Assembly (NCBI RefSeq): GCF_030144855.1
Contig: NC_082712.1
Span: 58,528,001 to 58,592,000, forward strand
DNA: 64,000 nt
Direction: 5' to 3'
From: Hypanus sabinus
Lineage: Eukaryota
Shown here: piece by piece, positions 25,058-36,524 of the stretch
How the letters are laid out: every line of letters begins with the position of its first letter
Numbering within the stretch: position 1 is the stretch's first letter
Position numbers and translations under genes: made by a program
Notes under the pieces: model-generated
What the model saw: only the letters and a program-made list of their open reading frames with translations
Database searches by the model: none
Told to the model about the DNA's origin: nothing

Positions 25058-26406
25058 TATTGATGGAGCTGCGCAAGTCAACTGGTAAGTTCAGAGATTG
25101 TTAATTCTTTGATGCACCTCTTCAGTTTTACTCTGGTGTTCACTTTGGGGTAGTGAAAGCAAGATCAGTGCAAGAGTGGGAACCATTGAAAACAGCAAGT
25201 CTCCTCACATGTGAGTTTCACCTGGCCAATAAAAAGAAGTGAGGTTTTAACAGAGCAGTGATTGTCTGAATGAACAGAGTTAGAGTGGAGAACTGTGAAT
25301 TTGGCTCAAGAGGCTTCAGCGAGAAGGGTTGGAGGTCAAAGTCCCAGAGACCATTTTGGTTTGCCAATGCATGAGTGGGCAGTGTAGTGGTCTGAGGTCT
25401 GAGGCTTTGACTCAAGAGGCTTCAGCAAGGAAGCACAGATGAGTAGCAGTAAGAACAGGTAAGGTCTTTTTTACAGTAGTTAACTAAAAAGGTAGCGAAT
25501 TAAATAAATTAGGAATGCAGGATCAGGTGCTATGTTGTAGCTGCATGAAGGGGGATCTGGTGCACCCCATTGATTTTATTTGTAACGACATCTACAGCAA
25601 GAGTTGGTTGCTTGAAACACTGTGACGCATCAGGAAGAGGATGAATTACTTGGACACTGTCTTTCAGAAGACAGTCATACCCATTAAATCATACACTTCA
25701 AATTCTGGGTCGGTGACAAGAGGTTGTGACTGTGAGCGAGGCAGGTACGGGGATCCAAGTGGTGTGCTAGAAGAGTCTCAGCCCTTGAGCTAATTCAACT
25801 GGTCTGAAATTGCTGTGCCCTGTGAGGATGAGACAGGGAGCTGTAGGAAGGATGAGCAATTGAACTGTGGCATCCTAGTTCATAAAGCTATTTGGTGGCA
25901 GGGGGAGCGGAGACAGGAGAGAAGAGAAATAGATTGCGAAATTGGGGAATAGATGGGGGAATAGTATAGTCAGAGGAATAGAAACAATTTTCTGTTGTTG
26001 TGAACCACATGGGTCCCAACAACATAGTAAGAACAAAGAAAGAGATTTTGCTGAAGAACTTGAGTAGCTAGGAACTAAAGTAAAATGCAGGACCATAAAG
26101 GTAAAAAAACTCTGGATTCTTACCTGAGTCACAGCAAATTGATACAGGGTTAAAAAGATCAGGGAGCTAAATGCATGGCTCAGAGATTGGTATGGGAGAA
26201 ATGGTTTTGAATTTGTCAGACATTAGCACCAATATTGGGAAGAAGGGAGCTGTTCTGATGGCCTGGGCTCAATCTGAATTATTTTGGGACTAGGGTCGAG
26301 GCAAATTGCGTAATTGTGAATTAGAGGTCTGGATAGGGCTTTAATGTAAATAGTAGGGGGCTGGATTCAGCAGTTTGAAAAAGCATGGTTAAAGTAAAAG
26401 GGAAGG

Positions 26407-26632
26407 TGTGGTGAACTACGTATACTTCTCTGGACACGTTCCCCCCCCCCCCCCCCGCTGACTGCTCCTGTGGCTCCTCCCACAGACCCCGGTATAAAGG
26501 CAATTGGAGGCACAGCCCCTTCCTCAGTCTCCAGGATATTGTGTGGTGGTCTCTTGCTGCTGACGGTGCTTTCTTCCAGCCAATAAAAGCCTACCCTAAC
26601 TCACGTCTCCGAGAGTTATTGATGGTGCATCA
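26407..26632 (+). mobile_element. Solo LTR (226 bp), copy 2, related subfamily, nested in a CR1
   Basis: Same termini; 5-bp TSD GAAGG (26402-26406 / 26633-26637); TATAAA and AATAAA present; middle segment differs from copies 1 and 3. Confidence 0.88.
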
Positions 26633-27302
26633 GAAGGAGAGTGCAGAAGAGGTTACTGAAGTCTCCAGAATAAAGAATGAGACAAAAAGTTTAGAAAGGG
26701 ATAAAAATTTAACTTCAGGTAACATGGAGACAAAATTGAGAAGGGTAATGAACACAGGACTGAAGATGTTATATTTGAATGCACACAGTATAGGAAATAA
26801 TGCTCCTGCAGCACAGATAGAAATTGATGGGTATGATATTATGGGCAGTACTATCACAGAAAGAAGTTCACAGCTGGGAGCTTAAGATCCAAAGATACGC
26901 GTCATCTTAAAAGGGCAGACAAGTGAGCAGAGGGGTATGGGGTATCTTAGTTGATAAAGAATGAAATCAAATCCTTAGAAAGAAATGGCATGGGATCAGA
27001 AGATGTAGAATTCTTATGGATAGAGTTAAGAAATTGCAAAGTTAAAAAGTCCCTGATGGGAGTTACATACAGGTCTCCAAACAGCAGCCAGGATGTGGGG
27101 CACAAATTAGAATGGCAGATCAAAAAGGCATGCAAAAAGAGCAATGTTACGATGGTCACAGGGGATGCCAATACACATGTTGTTTGAGAAAAAGAGGTTG
27201 ATGCTGGATTCTAACAGAAGGAATTTATGGAATGCCTGCCTACAAGATGGCTTTTTAAAGCAGCTTGTGAGAAAGCCCACAGGGGTAAAGGCAATTCTGG
27301 AT

Positions 27303-27540
27303 TGATTGATTCTGAGATTCAGCACAGAGTAGGCCCTTCTTGTCCTTCAAGCCATGCTGCGCCAGCAACCCCCGACAACTCAATTAACCCTAACCTAATC
27401 ATGGGTCAATTTACAATGACTAGTTAATCTACCCAGTGTGCCTTGGACAATAGGAGGAAACCAAAGGACCCAGAGAAACTCATGCATTTTATGGGAAGGA
27501 TGCACAGACACTCCTTACAGGTGAACTTCAAACTCCAGAA
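27303..27540 (-). mobile_element. V-SINE nested in a CR1
   Basis: Same family as the 16745-17010 copy. Confidence 0.75.
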
Positions 27541-27624
27541 CACATTAGGTGTTGTGAAATGAACCAGATTTGATTAAAGTGCTTAAGATAAACCTTTGGA
27601 GGCAGTGATCATAATAGGATAGAA

Positions 27625-27810
27625 ACTAGAGAAAGTCTGCAGATGCTGGAAATCCAAGCAACACACTCGAAATGCTGGAGGAACTCAGCAGGCCAGGCAG
27701 CATTCATGGAAAAGAGTATCATTAATGTTTTGGGCCGAGACCCTCCATCAGAACTGGGGTAAAAAAGATCAGGAGTCAGAGTTAGAAGGTGGGGGTAGAA
27801 GATATGATAG
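27625..27810 (-). mobile_element. Penelope-like 3' end (pLTR, degenerate hammerhead) nested in a CR1
   Basis: CTGCAGATGCTGGAAAT...AAATGCTGGAGGAACTCAGCAGGCC motif; 14-bp TSD-like repeat with 2 mismatches (27611-27624 / 27811-27824). Confidence 0.75.
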
Positions 27811-28117
27811 ATAATATGATAAAATTCACTCTCCAGTTTGAGGTGGAGAAATTAAATCAAATGTATTAGTTTAGAGCGGAACTACAGAGGCATGAGAGGA
27901 GCTGGCCAAAGTTGCTAGCAGGGCTGACAGGAGAGCAGCAATGACTGGAGTTTCTGGGAATAATACAAAAGTTGCAGGATCAGTTCATTCAAAAGAAGAA
28001 GCATTTCAAAGGGAGATTGAGGCAACTGTGGATGACAAAGAAAGTCAAAGGTAGCATAAAAGCAAAAGATTGAGCTCAAAATACTGTGAAAATTTGTAGT
28101 AAGCTAGAGGATAGGGA

Positions 28118-29095
28118 ACATAGAACATAGAAATCTACAGCACATTACAGGCCCTTCAGCCCGCAATGTTGTACCGACCATGTAATCTACTCTAGAAACT
28201 GCCTAGAGTTTCCCTAGTGCATAGCCCTCTATTTTTCTAAGCTCCAGGTACCTATCTAAGAGGCTCTTATAAGACCCTATTGTATCCGTTTCACTGCCAC
28301 CAGCAATTTATTCCACACACCCAGGACTCTCTATGTGAAAAACTTAACTCTGACATCCCACTTGTACCTACTTCCAAGCACCTAAAAAAAATGCTCCCTA
28401 GTGTTAGCCATTTTGACCCCGGGAAAAAAGCCTCTGGCTATCCACACAATCAATGCCCCTCATGATTTTATACACCAAGGAGAAAAGGCCAAGTTCACTC
28501 AACCTATTCTCATAAGGCATGCTCCCCAATCCAGGCAACATCCTTGTAAACCTTTTCTGCACTCTCTCTATAGTATCCACATCCTTCCTGTAATGAAGTG
28601 ACCAGAACTGAATACAGTATTCCAACTGGGGTCTGACCAAGGTCTTACATAGCTGTAACATTATCTCACAGCTCTTGAACTCAATCCTATGGTTGATGAA
28701 TTCCAATACACCATTCGCCTTCTTAACAACACTGTCAACCTGCACAGCAGCTTTGAGTGCTCTATGGACATGGACCACAAGATCACTAAGATCCCCCACT
28801 CTGCCAAAAGTCATATCATTACTATTATATTCTGTCTTCAAACTTGACCTACCAAAATGAACCACTTCACACTTATCTGGGTTGAAGTCCATCTGCCACA
28901 TTTCAGCCCAGTTCTACATCCTATTGATGTTCCACTGTAACCTTTGACAACCCTTTGGACTATCCACAACAACCCCAACCTTTGTGTCATCAGCAAAGTT
29001 ATTAACCCATCCTTCCATTTCCTCATCCAGGTCATTTATAAAAATCACACAGAGGAGGGGTCCTGCAGAACACCACTGGTCACCAACCTCCATGT
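28118..29095 (-). mobile_element. CR1 LINE 3' fragment nested in the CR1 above
   Basis: FADDTKVG, WQMDFNPDKCEVVHFG; (TTCTATG)n-type tail at 28118. Confidence 0.9.
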
Positions 29096-31676
29096 AGCTT
29101 TTAAAGCTTTTAATAACCAACAGAAGGCAGCTAAAAAAGCAATAATAAGAGAAAAGATGAAATATGAATGTAAGCTAGCCAATACTATTAAAGAGAATAC
29201 CGAACATTGTTTCAGATATATCTAGAGAGTCACAGAGAGGCAAGGGTGGACTTTGAACTGCTGGAAAATGACACTGAGGTAGTAATAGGGAACAAAGAAA
29301 TGATGGACAAACAGAAGATACCAGAGGCAAGAATGGACATCAGACTGCTGGTAAATGATGCTGGAGGGGATGTAATGGGGAAAAAGAAATAGCGGAGGAA
29401 CTGAGTGAGTATCCTGTACCAGAATTCACTGTGGAAGACATCAGCAGTATGTCAGAAATTCAAGCCTGTCAGGGCATAGAACTGAGTTTTGTTGCTATAC
29501 TAAGGTGAGGGTGCTTGTGGAAATTGAAAAGTCTAAGGTAGATAAAATGCCTGAAGAAGATGAACTATATGCCAGGGCTCTGAATGAGATAGGTGAAGAA
29601 ATTGTGGAGGCATTGGAAGTGATCTTTCAAGAATCATAGATTCTGAAATGGTTTTTAGAAGATTGATTCCAGACTCCTGAAAATTGCAAATGTCGTTCCA
29701 TTTTTTAAGAAGACAGGGGCACATGACAGGAAATTATAGGCCAGTTAGCTTGGCTTCAGTGGTTGCCAAAATGTCAGACTCCATTATTGATTATTGACTC
29801 CATTATAATTGGAGGCACATGATAAAATAGGCAGAAGTCAATATGGTTTCCTTAAAGTGGAAATCTTACCCCTGACAAATCTGTTAGAATTCTTTGAGAA
29901 AATAACAAGCAGGTTAGATAAATAAGTATCATTGGATATTGTTTACTGATATTGATTTTCAGAAGGCATTTGATAAGATGCTGCACAATAGACTGGTAAA
30001 CAAGATAAAAGCCCTTGGTATTACAGGAATGGGCAGAAAACTGCTGGCACGCAGAAGACAAATGTGGATGCCTTTTATGGTTGGCAGCCAGTGACAAATA
30101 GTGTTCTGCAGGGGTCAGTGCTGGGTCTGTTACTTTTCATGTTATATGGATGACAGAATTAATGGCTTTGTGCCCAAGTTTGCAAATGATACAAAGACAG
30201 ATGGATGAGTAGGCAGTGTTGAGAAAGCAGGGAATCTGCAGAATGACTTGGACAGATTAGAAGTATAGGCAAAGAACTGACAGATGAAATACAATATAGA
30301 CAAGTGTATGGTGATGCACTTCAGTAGAAGGAATAAAGGCATAGACTATTTTCCAAAGGGGGAACAGATTCAAAAATCAGAGATGTAAGAGGTCTTGGGA
30401 ATCCTTGTGCAGGATTCCCAAAAGATTAACTTGCAGGTTGATAAGGTAGTGAGGAAGGAAAATGCAGTGTTAGCATTCATTCCAAGAGGGCTAGAATACA
30501 AGAACAAGGATGTAATACTGAGGCTTTATAAGGCATTAGTTAGACCATATTTAGAATACTGTGAGAAGTTTTGGTACTCATATCTTAAAAATTATGTGCT
30601 GCCACTGGAAAGGCTCCAGAGAAGGTATATCAAAATGATCCCGGGAATTAAAGGGTTAACATATGAAGATCATTTGATGGCTCTGGGCCTGTTTCTTCTG
30701 GAGTTTAGAAGAATAAGGGGTATCTTATAGAAATCTACGGAATATTGAAAGACCAAGGTAGAGTGTATGTGGTGAGGATGTTTCCTATAGTGGTGGAGTA
30801 AAGGATCAGAGGGCACAGCCTCAGAATAAAAGGACATCCCTTTAGAACAGAGATGAGGAAGAATTTATTTAGCAAGAGGGAGGTGAATCTATGGAATCTG
30901 TGGCCAAGGCACTGGGTATATTCAAAGTGGAGATTAATGTGTCATTTTGGGGAAAGGATGGGAGAATGAGAGAGAAAATAAATTAGCCATGATCAATGGG
31001 CTGAATGGCCTTATTCTGTTCTATGTCTTATGGTGTTCTGGTCCAGTGATAATCATTTATACATTAATAATGATGGACATTTATAGTAGGGGTTTTAATT
31101 TCAACAAGATCTGGCCTGGTGTATGCATGAGGCAGACTAATTATCTCCTCAGACTCACTAAGAACAACATAAACTAAATTTATTCACAAGCTTTCATTCA
31201 CCTCTTGGGAGGTGTTGCACCACTCATTTCTGAATGTCTTTCACCTTAGCCCTCAAAGCGTAGTAATATTCTCATAAGACAATAACCAACAGGTTATCAG
31301 GAATCTTTATTTTTAGTGCTTAGTGGGAGACAGATTCCATTAATTTCCACTTGGAATAAATTTGATTTAAATAATATTCCACTTAATCCATCCAGTTGAT
31401 CGTCAAAATTAGAAATTTTAAACAAAAATACTCCCAGAATCTAGAGGGCGGAGCCCAAGCCTAATAGTAACAGACCAACCATCTCTTCCAAAGTGCAATC
31501 AGGTATCCTCTTACCTGATTTTACCTGCTGTACCTGCAGCTCTTTCCTTCAGAATCGGCCCTTTAACGGCTGTAAATGAATCTGTTTCCACCATCCTATC
31601 TGGCAAAGGGTTGCAAATCCCAAGGGTTCACTGCAAGTGTTTTCTGCAGCTGCTATATATCACAGATACTGTATAC

Positions 31677-33372
31677 ATAGATGCTCTAACCCAAATAAGA
31701 AGAAATTTTTGAATGGAAGAAGGACACTAACGTAGCTGACAAGTGAAGTCAGAGCCAAAGTAAAAGCAAACGAGAGGGCATACAAGGAAGCAAAAACTAG
31801 TGGGAAGATAGAAGGTTGGGGAACTTTTAAAAACTTGCAGAAGGAAACTAAGAAGGTCATTAGGAAGGAAAAGATGAATTATGAAAGGAAGCTGGTGACT
31901 AATATCAAAGAAGTTATGAAAAGTTTTTTTTAAGTATTTAAAGGGTAAAAAAGAGTTAAAGGCAGATTTAGGACCAATAGAAAATGACACTGGAGATATT
32001 GTGATGAGAGACACTGAGATGGCAGGGGAACTGAATGCATATTTTGCATTAGTCTTCACGGTGGAAGACATTTACAGTATTCTGGACAATCAGGACTGTC
32101 AGGGAAGTGAAGTATGCGCAGTGAAAATTACGACTGAGAAGGTGCTCAGGAAGCTTAATGGTCTGAGGGTGGATAAATCTCCTGGATCTGATGGAATGCA
32201 CCGTCGGCTTCGAAAGGAAGTAACTGGAGAGATTGCGGAGGCGTTAACAATGATCTTTCAAGAATCGATAGGTTCTGGCATTGTACCAGATGAATGGAAA
32301 ATTGTAAATGTTACTCTGCTATTTAAGAAGGGTGGTGGACAGAAGAAAGGAAACTATAGACCTGTTAGCCTGACATCAGTGGTAGGGAAGTTGTTGGAAT
32401 CACTTTTTAGGGATGAGATTATGGAGTACAGTGAGGCACATGACAAGATAGGCCAAAGCCAGCATGGTTTCCTGAAAGGAAAATCATACCCGACTAACCT
32501 ACTGCAATTTTTTTGAGTATATTACAAGCAGGATAGACAAAGGAGATGCAGTAGATGTGCTATCCTTGGATTTGCAAAAGGCCTTTGACAAGATGCTGAA
32601 CATGAGGCTGCTTAGCAAGATAAGAGCCCATGGTATTACAAGGGAGTTACTAGCATGGGTGGAGCATTGGCTGATAGGCAGAAAACAGAAAGTGAGAATA
32701 AAGAGATCCTATTCTGGCTGGCTGCCGGTTACCAGTGGAGTTTCACAGGGGTCGGTGTTGGGACTGCTGCTTTTTATGATGTATGTCAATGACTTGGACT
32801 ATGGGATTTATAGATTTGTGACTAAATTTGACAATGATACAAAGATAGGTGGAGGAACGGATAGTATTGAGGAAACAGAGAAACTGCAGAGAGACTTAGA
32901 TAGTTTAGGGGAATGGGCAAGGAAGTGGCAAATGAAATATAATGTTGGAAAGTGTATGGTCATGCATTTTGGTGGAAGAAATAAACAGGCAGACTATTAT
33001 TTAGATGGAGAGAGAATTCAAAATGCAGAGATGCAAAGGGACTTGGAAATCCTTGTGCAGGATACCCTAAAGTTTAACCTCCAGGTTGAGTCAGTTGTGA
33101 AGAAGGCGAATGCAATGTTGGCATTCATTTCTTGAGGTGTATAATATAGAAGAGCAGGGATGTGATGTTGAGGCTCTATAAGGCCCTTGTGAGACCTCAC
33201 TTGGAGTATTGTGTGTAGTTTTGGGCTCATTTTAGAAAGGAGCCTCAACATCACATTAGAGAGGGTTCAGAGAAAATTCACGAGAATAACTCCAGGAATG
33301 AAAGGGTTACAATATGATGAACATCAGGCAGCTCTTGGGTTGTATTCCCTTGAGTTCAGGAGAATGAGGGGT
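31677..33372 (+). mobile_element. CR1 LINE ORF2 fragment lacking its 3' end
   Basis: NYRPVSLTSVVGK, QHGFLKGKS, LDLQKAFDK, SGVSQGSVLG, KFDNDTKIG; ends at LEFRRMRG next to the unc45b donor. Confidence 0.92.
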
Positions 33373-33387
33373 GGAGTCAGTCCTTAC

Positions 33388-33549
33388 CTTTTTCAAGTGA
33401 CATGCTGCTCGGTTTCTATAAAGTGTAGCCAAAGCCTTCTTGTCTTTAATCAGTTGAATAGCTTTAGTATAGCAGTCAATGGCTTTGTCATAGTCTTTGT
33501 TCTGAAAAAATTCATTGCCATTCTCCTTTAGCTGAATTGGATCTTCCAT
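33388..33549 (-). CDS. unc45b: unc45b first coding exon (TPR1/2): MEDPIQLKENGNEFFQNKDYDKAIDCYTKAIQLIKDKKALATLYRNRAACHLKK
   Basis: 162 nt. Acceptor CAG directly precedes the ATG (33549-33547); donor AAG|GTAAGG. Matches the UNC45B N-terminal TPR (QLKEEGN...LATLYRNRAAC). Confidence 0.95.
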
Positions 33550-36524
33550 CTGAAACCAGTGTACAATAAAGGCGAGTGAACCCACAGTGCAGGCTGACGT
33601 TCCTAGTGCCATATTGAGGGAGCTCTGTGCTATTGTAAGTGGTAACTTCCCAGATCTGAGCTCCATCTCTGCTTTCAGTTTGATGCAAATGACCCTATGG
33701 CCACCATTTTAAAGAAAGATAGAAGAGGTCTTTCTCATTTACCGGTCAATGCCATTTCAACTTGATACTGATATTAAAAATTATTTGCCTTATCATATAA
33801 ATGTTCATGAAATCGCTTCTGTTTTTCTGAGGCATTGTCTCTGATGTAGTCTAAGAAGCACAGTGAGTAATTGGTGCAGGGCAAGTCTATGTAATCTCCT
33901 GCAATGATTTTGATTGTGCAATGATATTGACCCCCATGCAGTAGAGAGGACGTTCCCCCCCCATCCCACTGCCATAATTGTATTCAGCAGAGCAAACCAC
34001 TGCTTAGCTTTAAAGAGATGTCCCTTAAAAAAGTGATGAGGAGTGTTATTTAGCTAGAGGATGGTGAATCTATGGAATTTGTTGCAGCAGAAGGCTGTGG
34101 AGGCTGTCATTGGATGTATACTAAAGGCAGAACCAATTTAGGTTCTTAATTGGTAAGGTGGAAGAATCAAATTTAAAATAGCTCCAATGATTAAATGGAC
34201 CAAAAGGACTAATCCTGCTCATCTATCTTATAGTGTTTATCATCTCACCCATAGAAATCAACACCAAACCTCAATCTCTTTGGTTATTGCATCCTGCAAC
34301 AAACGGGATGAGTCTTCCAAAAAAGGAATCATCATGCTCTTTTAATTCTAAAATTATACAGTAGATTGTTTTCATTTAAACAAAGCAAGGTTGCTAGATG
34401 TATGGGAATTCCATAGGTAGATGAGTAATCTAAATAAACGGACCTGAAAGCAAAGAACAGATGATTTGATATTGGGGTGAAATGGAGAAGAATGGAAAAA
34501 GGCACAAAAATACTAGAGAGATTGTAAAACACAGAACAGGTCCTTTGCCCCATGATGTCTGTGGCAAACATGATGCAATCCAAACTAATTCCACCTGCTG
34601 GCATATGGTCCATATCCCTCTGTTCCCTAGATGTTCATGCGCCTGTCCAAAAGCATTTTAAATATTGATATTGTATTTTCTACCACCTCTCCCGCCAGCA
34701 TATTCCAGACACCTCCCATTCACTGTGTAAAAAATCTTGCCATGTAAATCTTTAAACTTTCCTCCTCTTACCTTAAAGATTATTCATTTCCACTCCAGGA
34801 AGAAGATTCTGACTATTTACCCTATATATGCCCTTTTATATATTTCAACCAATTCACCCTGCAGCCTCCACTCTTTGTACGATGGCCAGTTGAGTCTATG
34901 CTTCAGCAATACCTTCTGGGATGCAGTCCCTTTTCTCTTTGCTGAATGTAGGAAGTGCTTGCACACAGTCCTGCCATTGTTGTAACTAGAATTTAATATT
35001 AGTGTCATTTCTTCCGTAAACTTCAACAGCTGGTATTATGAGCTGATGATACCCTGTTTTCCTTCTTTAAGTTAATATCCTGTAACTCCCTTGGCATAGC
35101 ACTGCTTCCATGAACACTTTGCTTGTCCACCACTGAAACCACATTGATTCTTCCCATAATAAAAAATTTCCATGTTGTGCGTCCCTATTTTACAAAGGTC
35201 AAAATCATCTATCATTTCTAACAGTGTACAAGGAGACTCAATAGATACAAGGTCACACAATATCTGTCCTGCAATTGCCTTCTCCCAATCACCCTCATCA
35301 CAAGACACCCATCTCAGCCATTACTGATCTCATTCATCAGATTCTTTGTTACCTGATTGGCTGACTCAGTTGAACAACAGATGTCCCTTCTTCTGTATTG
35401 AAAATGAAAACAACATTGCAATCCATATTTTCAGTTGTGGTACTGTTCACGAGAGTTTCCAAAAGGATTGTTTGTGATCCCTGCTGACCTAACGCCAATT
35501 CTGCAGGGATACCCAACTGCAATATTACCTCACTAGAAATATTCTCCTTCCACCCCTCAAATTGAATAAAAACTGATGTTTTCAGATCACCCATCTAAAC
35601 AAGTTTCCTAAACTTAAGGAAATTGGTGCCAACATGATTTTCTAACCTAAGTGAGATGATTGTTGGTTCAAGACCCACTCCACAGACTCAAGTATGAAGA
35701 ACTAGGCCAAGGCTTTGCTGCTCAATTAGAAGAGGCCTGATTTGTTGGGAATGCAGTTTCTCAGAAGAGATATTAAACTGAGACACCACTCTGCCCCTCA
35801 TAAACCAGTATCTTTTGGATGAAGATTGAAGTTTTCCTGAATGCCTCAAATGAATTATTCATATAATAAACCAAAATAAATCAACTAGTTACTTCAAGGA
35901 TGTTTGTATAACTGCAAGATATCTTGAAACACCAAACCAATGAATTACTTCTGAAGAGTAGGGAATGCTTGAATTATAGCATCCAAAATGTGCAGAGCAA
36001 AATCCAGAGGCAGCAATGAAAAGTGTCCTGATAATTTATTTCAATAAGGCTAAAGATTGATTATGACAGTATGAAGACCTGCCCTGCCCTTGTTCAAAAG
36101 CTGCAGCAGGTTATGTTACTTCCACTTGAACAGAGAGGGCCTTAATTTAACTGCCTCATGCAGCGTAACGTTCCTTCGTTGTGGTACCCGGAGTGTTTAA
36201 ACTGAACCCCATGCTCGCATCACGGGAGGGAAATTAGATGCTCGAGGCAATGGAGCATGGTACTCCAAAGAACACTGGCTTTCTGAAGGATTGTACTGAG
36301 CACTCCATCTGACAGATCTCATGTACTCCTACATTACTCTCTTAAACATTACTGGTAGCAGAAATGAGCACTTCTTGCACATTTCTCCTGAAGCTGAGAA
36401 AAAAAAGTAATTGTTTGTGGCAGAAGCATGAAACTGGGCTTTCAAAATAGAGAAATGTATCTACAAATCTGGTCAAATAGCTTTCATCTACCAAAGCACT
36501 ATCTATTTGTACATCATTTTATGA

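Larger units (their letters stand above)
25150..31035 (+). mobile_element. Near full-length degenerate CR1 LINE (ORF1 Zn-finger/esterase remnant, ORF2 EN and RT) carrying four nested insertions
   Basis: QVLCCSC, GNSIVRG, LKMLYLNAHSIGN, VEFLWIELRN, LRLYKALVRPYLEYC; many stops and frameshifts. Boundaries approximate. Confidence 0.85.

Noticed and set aside
33211-33531. Plus-strand ORF fusing CR1 RT with sequence overlapping the unc45b exon
   Set aside because: Chance read-through from the CR1 into the antisense of the exon; no evidence of a chimeric gene.
33550-33666. In-frame N-terminal extension of UNC45B (ORF 33307..33666)
   Set aside because: No resemblance to UNC-45, and a good acceptor sits immediately before the conserved ATG. 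Most likely intron read-through.
35072-35594. Two minus-strand ORFs (78 and 81 aa) in apparently unique DNA
   Set aside because: No recognisable domain or convincing splice framework; lengths are compatible with chance.
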